Source: an uncultured Rhodospirillales bacterium
GTDB lineage: Bacteria; Pseudomonadota; Alphaproteobacteria; UBA7985
Reading direction: 5' to 3'
NCBI GenBank assembly: GCA_963978305.1
Contig: CAXBRM010000003.1
Coordinates: 1-40,121 of the forward strand
Length of the DNA: 40,121 nucleotides
How positions within the stretch are numbered: the first letter of the stretch is position 1; each line of letters opens with the position of its first letter. Position numbers and translations under genes: made by a program. Positions 39,940 through 40,121 of this stretch are shown here, piece by piece. The notes under the pieces are model-generated. The model saw only the letters and a program-made list of their open reading frames with translations, was not told the origin of the DNA and did not search any database.

Positions 39940-40121
39940 TATTGGGCCATATAATTGTATTTAAAATATAATTAGATGTATTTTTTGTTGTAATCGTATT
40001 TAAACCGTAATAAAAAGTCTCTAAAAATTTTTCGATTTAAGGTTGTAAATACGATTTTAACGGAAGGAAAAGAGGTTGCATGAAACACTGACAACAGATG
40101 AAATTAACAAGGAAAAGCACT

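Noticed and set aside
40076-40121. Start of a CDS at the window edge
   Set aside because: Two frames are open for only 8-15 codons; too short to call.
1-40121. CRISPR arrays, tRNA/rRNA genes, prophage or defence genes
   Set aside because: No regularly spaced repeats, cloverleaf sequences, integrase or phage-like ORFs seen by eye; tRNAscan-SE and cmscan were not run.

Overview
Mostly core chromosome of an alphaproteobacterium, inferred from GTTC-N7-GTTC LexA boxes, the recA-alaS and carB-greA gene orders, and an ATA-initiated infC. In order, the window holds: a partial universal stress protein, an aldo/keto reductase, thrS-infC-rpmI-rplT-pheS-pheT, an unusual tail-anchored OmpA-domain protein, lepA, a DMT transporter, an orphan lipoprotein, a TroABCD/MntABCD-type metal ABC importer with an MntR-like operator, rlmJ and an acidic porin. 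Next comes a methylated-amine/betaine catabolic cluster: two GcvT-fused FAD dehydrogenases (the first broken by an in-frame TAA), a non-pyrrolysine MttB methyltransferase and a convergent beta-hydroxyacid dehydrogenase. The window then continues with an inositol monophosphatase, alaS, recA, a divergent EEP-superfamily nuclease/phosphatase, greA, carB, msrB and a fatty-acid desaturase truncated at an IS3-like end, where AT-rich DNA begins. Best leads: (1) an EEP enzyme sharing two opposite LexA boxes with recA, a candidate unrecognised SOS gene; (2) about 270 nt of non-coding sequence behind recA ending in a terminator with a GGGAGG loop, a candidate sRNA or sponge; (3) the GcvT/GcvT/MttB cluster of unknown substrate. 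No rRNA, tRNA, CRISPR array or intact transposase was seen. All calls are by eye, with no database search.
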